Origin: Octopus vulgaris
Lineage: Eukaryota
Direction of reading: 5' to 3'
Assembly: GCA_951406725.2 (NCBI GenBank)
Contig: OX597815.1
Location: 81,716,001-81,780,000 of the forward strand
Length of the DNA stretch: 64,000 bases
Made by a program: the position numbers and the translations under genes. Position 1 is the stretch's first letter. Each line of letters begins with the position of its first letter. Of this stretch, positions 60,122 through 64,000 are shown piece by piece. Under the pieces are notes generated by a model. That model saw only the letters and a program-made list of their open reading frames with translations, ran no database searches and was not told the origin of the DNA.

Positions 60122-60450
60122 GTATATGTGTTTGAGCGTAAGTGAAGGAGGGTGAAGATAAGAAGAAATGAAGAAGAAGAAGAAGTAGAGAGAGAGAGAG
60201 AAAGAGACGCAAAGAAAATAACGTTCTGTAGGGGCCTTGTGTTGAAGGTACGAGGGAGAATGAGCTAGATGGGTGTGACGTGTTATATCTCTAATATCAA
60301 ATGGGAATTCCCTTAGCTCTCCCGCCCAGCATCGTGCTATATACCATTCCCTTACCACTTCGCATCACACCACACCACACACTACACACTATACTAGACC
60401 AAACCGCAACCACGACCACATCGGTGTTGTTCAAAAGATCAAGATTAAAC
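60030..60450 (-). promoter_or_regulatory. Consensus splice donor (GAC|GTAAGT at 60036/60035) with possible 5' non-coding exon upstream
   Basis: Perfect GTAAGT in unique sequence; a pyrimidine-rich acceptor lies downstream on minus near 59350. No transcript evidence. Confidence 0.3.
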
Positions 60451-60532
60451 CCTTCGTGGATCATTCTGTTTTTCGTTTTGTCCCTTTTTTTCTGTCACCC
60501 ATCTTTCTGTCAATCGTCTTTATCCTTGTAGC

Positions 60533-60575
<43 letters not shown>

Positions 60576-60591
60576 ATATGTGTGTTTCTTT

Positions 60592-60726
<135 letters not shown>

Positions 60727-63700
60727 TTAAAAACATGCGCAATCGAGAAATTAAAACAGGAATGAAAGGCAAGCGCTCACACACACACACACACGTATAT
60801 GTATATATACGTAAATACATGCATATATACATACATACAAACTCTCTCTCTCTCTCTCACACACACATACATGCACGTGCGCTCATACATACACATACAC
60901 CTCTGTTTTCGGATTCTCTTTACTGCGAGACTATCGTAGTTCTTACATTCACGACAAACGACTGTGACTACTACTTAAGACGACATCGACGACCACCATG
61001 GCCAACACCACCATGAATCATCGAGAGAGCTTCTTATGCGATTACTTGAAATACAAACCAAATGTTCCCTTTTGCGACTTAACTAATCCACTTAGTTTAC
61101 TTCTTTGGGTTCATATTAAACCATTCGCTTTGATCCACAGTATTTGTAAGTAATGGAAAACTGTTGCGGTTGCTTCTGTCCCGTTTTTTTTTTAAAAATT
61201 CAAAATTTATTTTCATTCAAAGTGCTTCCACCAATATTCTCTTTTTTATACCTTCTGTTGCACAAATATACTTGTCGAAGTTCGAAGCTCTGTCAGCATG
61301 TTTGATTAACAATTTTATGACTTGTTTGCTTTACATTACTTGCTATCAACCGACTAACCACCTCTTTGGCGCTAGCACTTTTTCCTTCTACTTCTGAGGC
61401 AGCCATCTTATAACACTAAATTAAAAGGTATCGAAGTATACAATCGAACGCTTCGAACCATTTTTCTCAGTCAAATTTGTACCACCGTACCGACTACAGC
61501 ACACCGGCTTCTCCAGTATTAATACAAAATATTAACTCTGTTACATAATTGGTATTTGTGTGATTGAAACCTTGTCCTTACTGAATGCAGAAATTAAGAT
61601 GCCATAACTAATTAACGGACCTTATCTTTTCTGTCACACCACTGTACTTCAAATGATGATAATAATGATTTCTTTCTAATCTCATCTCTGACAGCCCATT
61701 TCTTTAAGTATCCGCAGTGAGTTATGTGGTGCACTCGACAATAGAAAATCTAATTTAACCATTGGTTCCTACCCGAGGTAATGCTTGTAGCTTTATTATA
61801 TCTTATATTGAATCATTAACTTGTGAAATGTATTTCTTTCGTAAAGCTCTTCCAACACGATAACACTCTGTGGTTTGATTTTTGTTATTCAAAAGAGTGG
61901 CCATTGGTATGTTTGTTCTTCTCAGAACACGTTCAATCAAAATTAATCTTTTTGAACGTAAAATGCTATCAGTTGAGAAAATCTGCACTTTTGAAACGAG
62001 CCGTTCATTGTTTAAGTATAAATCTTCTGCATGCATTTCGGTTAATTGTCCATGCACTACTACAAAAGAACACAACTAGTTCGATACAAAGACTATATTC
62101 TAATTCTCTAACTGATTGAATAATTCCTCTAAACGTGCTTCTATGCGTGATAGGTGGCATTTTTACCTAAAAAAAAGGAAAAAGAAAAAGTTTCCTGCTA
62201 TCTGCTCCATATTCGAAGACATCACAAATCTGACAATAGTTGATCCCCTGAAATCTGGGTTTCAAGTCACCAACAAACATAATTTGAGGTATTAGTTAAT
62301 AACTTTGTGGCCTACTTTCGAATTTGTCGCTTCAAATCTTGTCAATAGTCTTTAATCTGTTAAAAAGTTATCTACTTAAAAATTACGGTGATATCTTGTA
62401 CAAAAGCTAAAACACGAAGTTTTACAACAAGAAATCTACAGAATCTTTTTCTCCTGACAGCGTATCAATTAGAGGAACAAGAGCACAATTTTTGTGAAAG
62501 GAACAGTCGAGAGGTGGAAGCTGACCACCAACAGATCCAAGCTGTTACGTAAGCTGAGTCCCTTAAAACTGCCCCTGAATAATATCGGCTTTAGCTACGC
62601 CGAGAAGGATTTCTGGAGAGAAATCTCACAGCTTAATAAGATTGATGACAGAGATTACGTCAGCAGTCTATAATCTAGAGGTCACTAGTACTTACTTGTT
62701 TATTTGTCAGCATCCACTCGGCTTAAGAAGAACCAGTAAATCCACAGCATCATACATAGGATCTGACCTTGTCCGGTACCCACACACGTCTCCACTACCC
62801 AAACTATTTCAATCAGCACAGTATTTGAATTTTCTCAGCTAGGATCGATATTAAGCGTGTTACCCTATGATTTCGAAGTATTGTAAGGTTTAAGTACGTC
62901 ATATATTTTGACACCTCGGCGTGAAGTAATTTCTGCCTTTTGTCTGCCTTTGTCTGCGTATTCCGTTTTCTGTACCCATTTTTCTTTTAAGGGATATTTC
63001 ATCCTTCCTTCGACGCAAAGCGTTTGAGCGGTTCTGTTGGTTGTAGTTTCTGGTGGATCTCTTATAAGAGGAGGAAACACGACGGATTTTGAGTCTTAGT
63101 TGTCCTATGGTTCTAAAGCAATAAGGACGACTCGATTTAGCTAGTTTTTGTTCGGGCTACCCCAGAGCTGCGACTAGTGGGGATCTGAAAAAGGAAATAG
63201 TTGCAGCTATGGTCCTTCATGTTTGGAGTTTGCTATTGTTATTACTAACTCTGCAACCTTCCACCTTCTCTTTTCTTCGTTTTCCTTTTTTGCAGAATGT
63301 CTTCGAGTGGATATCCTTTACTATCACACGCATAGAAACTGAGTCTTCTGTACTACGCCATCAATCTATTTTTACCTTAAATGCTTAAATGTTTCGAAGA
63401 CTTTTGGTGCTAAAAAAACCTCAAGAAAATAAACATTTCTTTTTCATTTTTTTTTCGGGAAAGGTAATATTTGAAGAAAATGTCCGCAATAGGGCTTTCT
63501 TAAAATAGGGTTGGGGACGATGAACAACAACGATAGCAACAAGAGCAACAATAAGAACGACAATGACAGTAATGGAAATAATGATCAGGATGATGATAAT
63601 TGCTTGTAATTAAGGCCAAAAATGTTAAGGGGAGAGAATTAGTCGATATCATGGTCTTTATTTTATTAGTGCCAGACCGATGAAAGTCTGTGGTGGGATT

Positions 63701-63803
63701 TAAACTCAGAACGTGGAGAAATGGAAAAGTCATCATCTGGCACTTTGTACGACATTCTATCAATTCTGCTAATATGTAGCTTTAATAATAATAATAATAA
63801 TAA

Positions 63804-63856
<53 letters not shown>

Positions 63857-63869
63857 ATAAACAATAATA

Positions 63870-63996
63870 ATTTGTCTCTTAGGGATAGCAAGGATTATCA
63901 GGAGGGTTCTAAGCACTTGAAAGACTGCTGAAAACTTGTGGATACTTAAGGTTACAGGTAGTAACCCGCTACCCTCGTAAATTATATCAGGAATAA
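63870..63996 (+). mobile_element. Extreme 3' end of a Dong/R4-type LINE
   Basis: CLLGIARIIRRVLST* resembles LLGTARVLRNVL of 16226-16600; preceded by (AAT/AGT)n. Confidence 0.6.
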
Positions 63997-64000
63997 TAGC

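Noticed and set aside
61000-63450. Long non-repetitive stretch that might hide a nuclease or Fanzor/TnpB-like gene
   Set aside because: No ORF over ~100 aa and no RuvC, RT or transposase motifs recognised; probably decayed repeat or intergenic DNA.

Overview
Eukaryotic, AT-rich, extremely microsatellite-dense genomic DNA. The recurring tRNA-derived SINE families resemble those I recall from Octopus, so the organism is most likely a cephalopod (inference, not verified). No prokaryotic genes, operons, CRISPR arrays, rRNA or intact tRNA genes are visible, and almost all ORFs in the supplied track are translations of simple repeats. Transposon fossils: one full-length and two partial mariner elements, a Chapaev3-type (CMC) transposase relic, a Helitron N-terminal relic and an intact non-autonomous Helitron, several MITEs, stacked 3' ends of Dong/R4-type RLE LINEs in (AAT)n tracts, a LINE ORF1 zinc knuckle, and about 30 SINE copies. 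The most interesting signals are: (i) minimal hammerhead-ribozyme motifs in short elements next to (TA)n tracts (Penelope/retrozyme-like); (ii) palindromic or fold-back structures built around microsatellites; (iii) microsatellites acting as family-specific landing pads for nested insertions; (iv) candidate minus-strand exons of an unidentified host gene, including a frame-preserving cassette with tandem stop codons. I cannot support a claim of a new multi-gene system.
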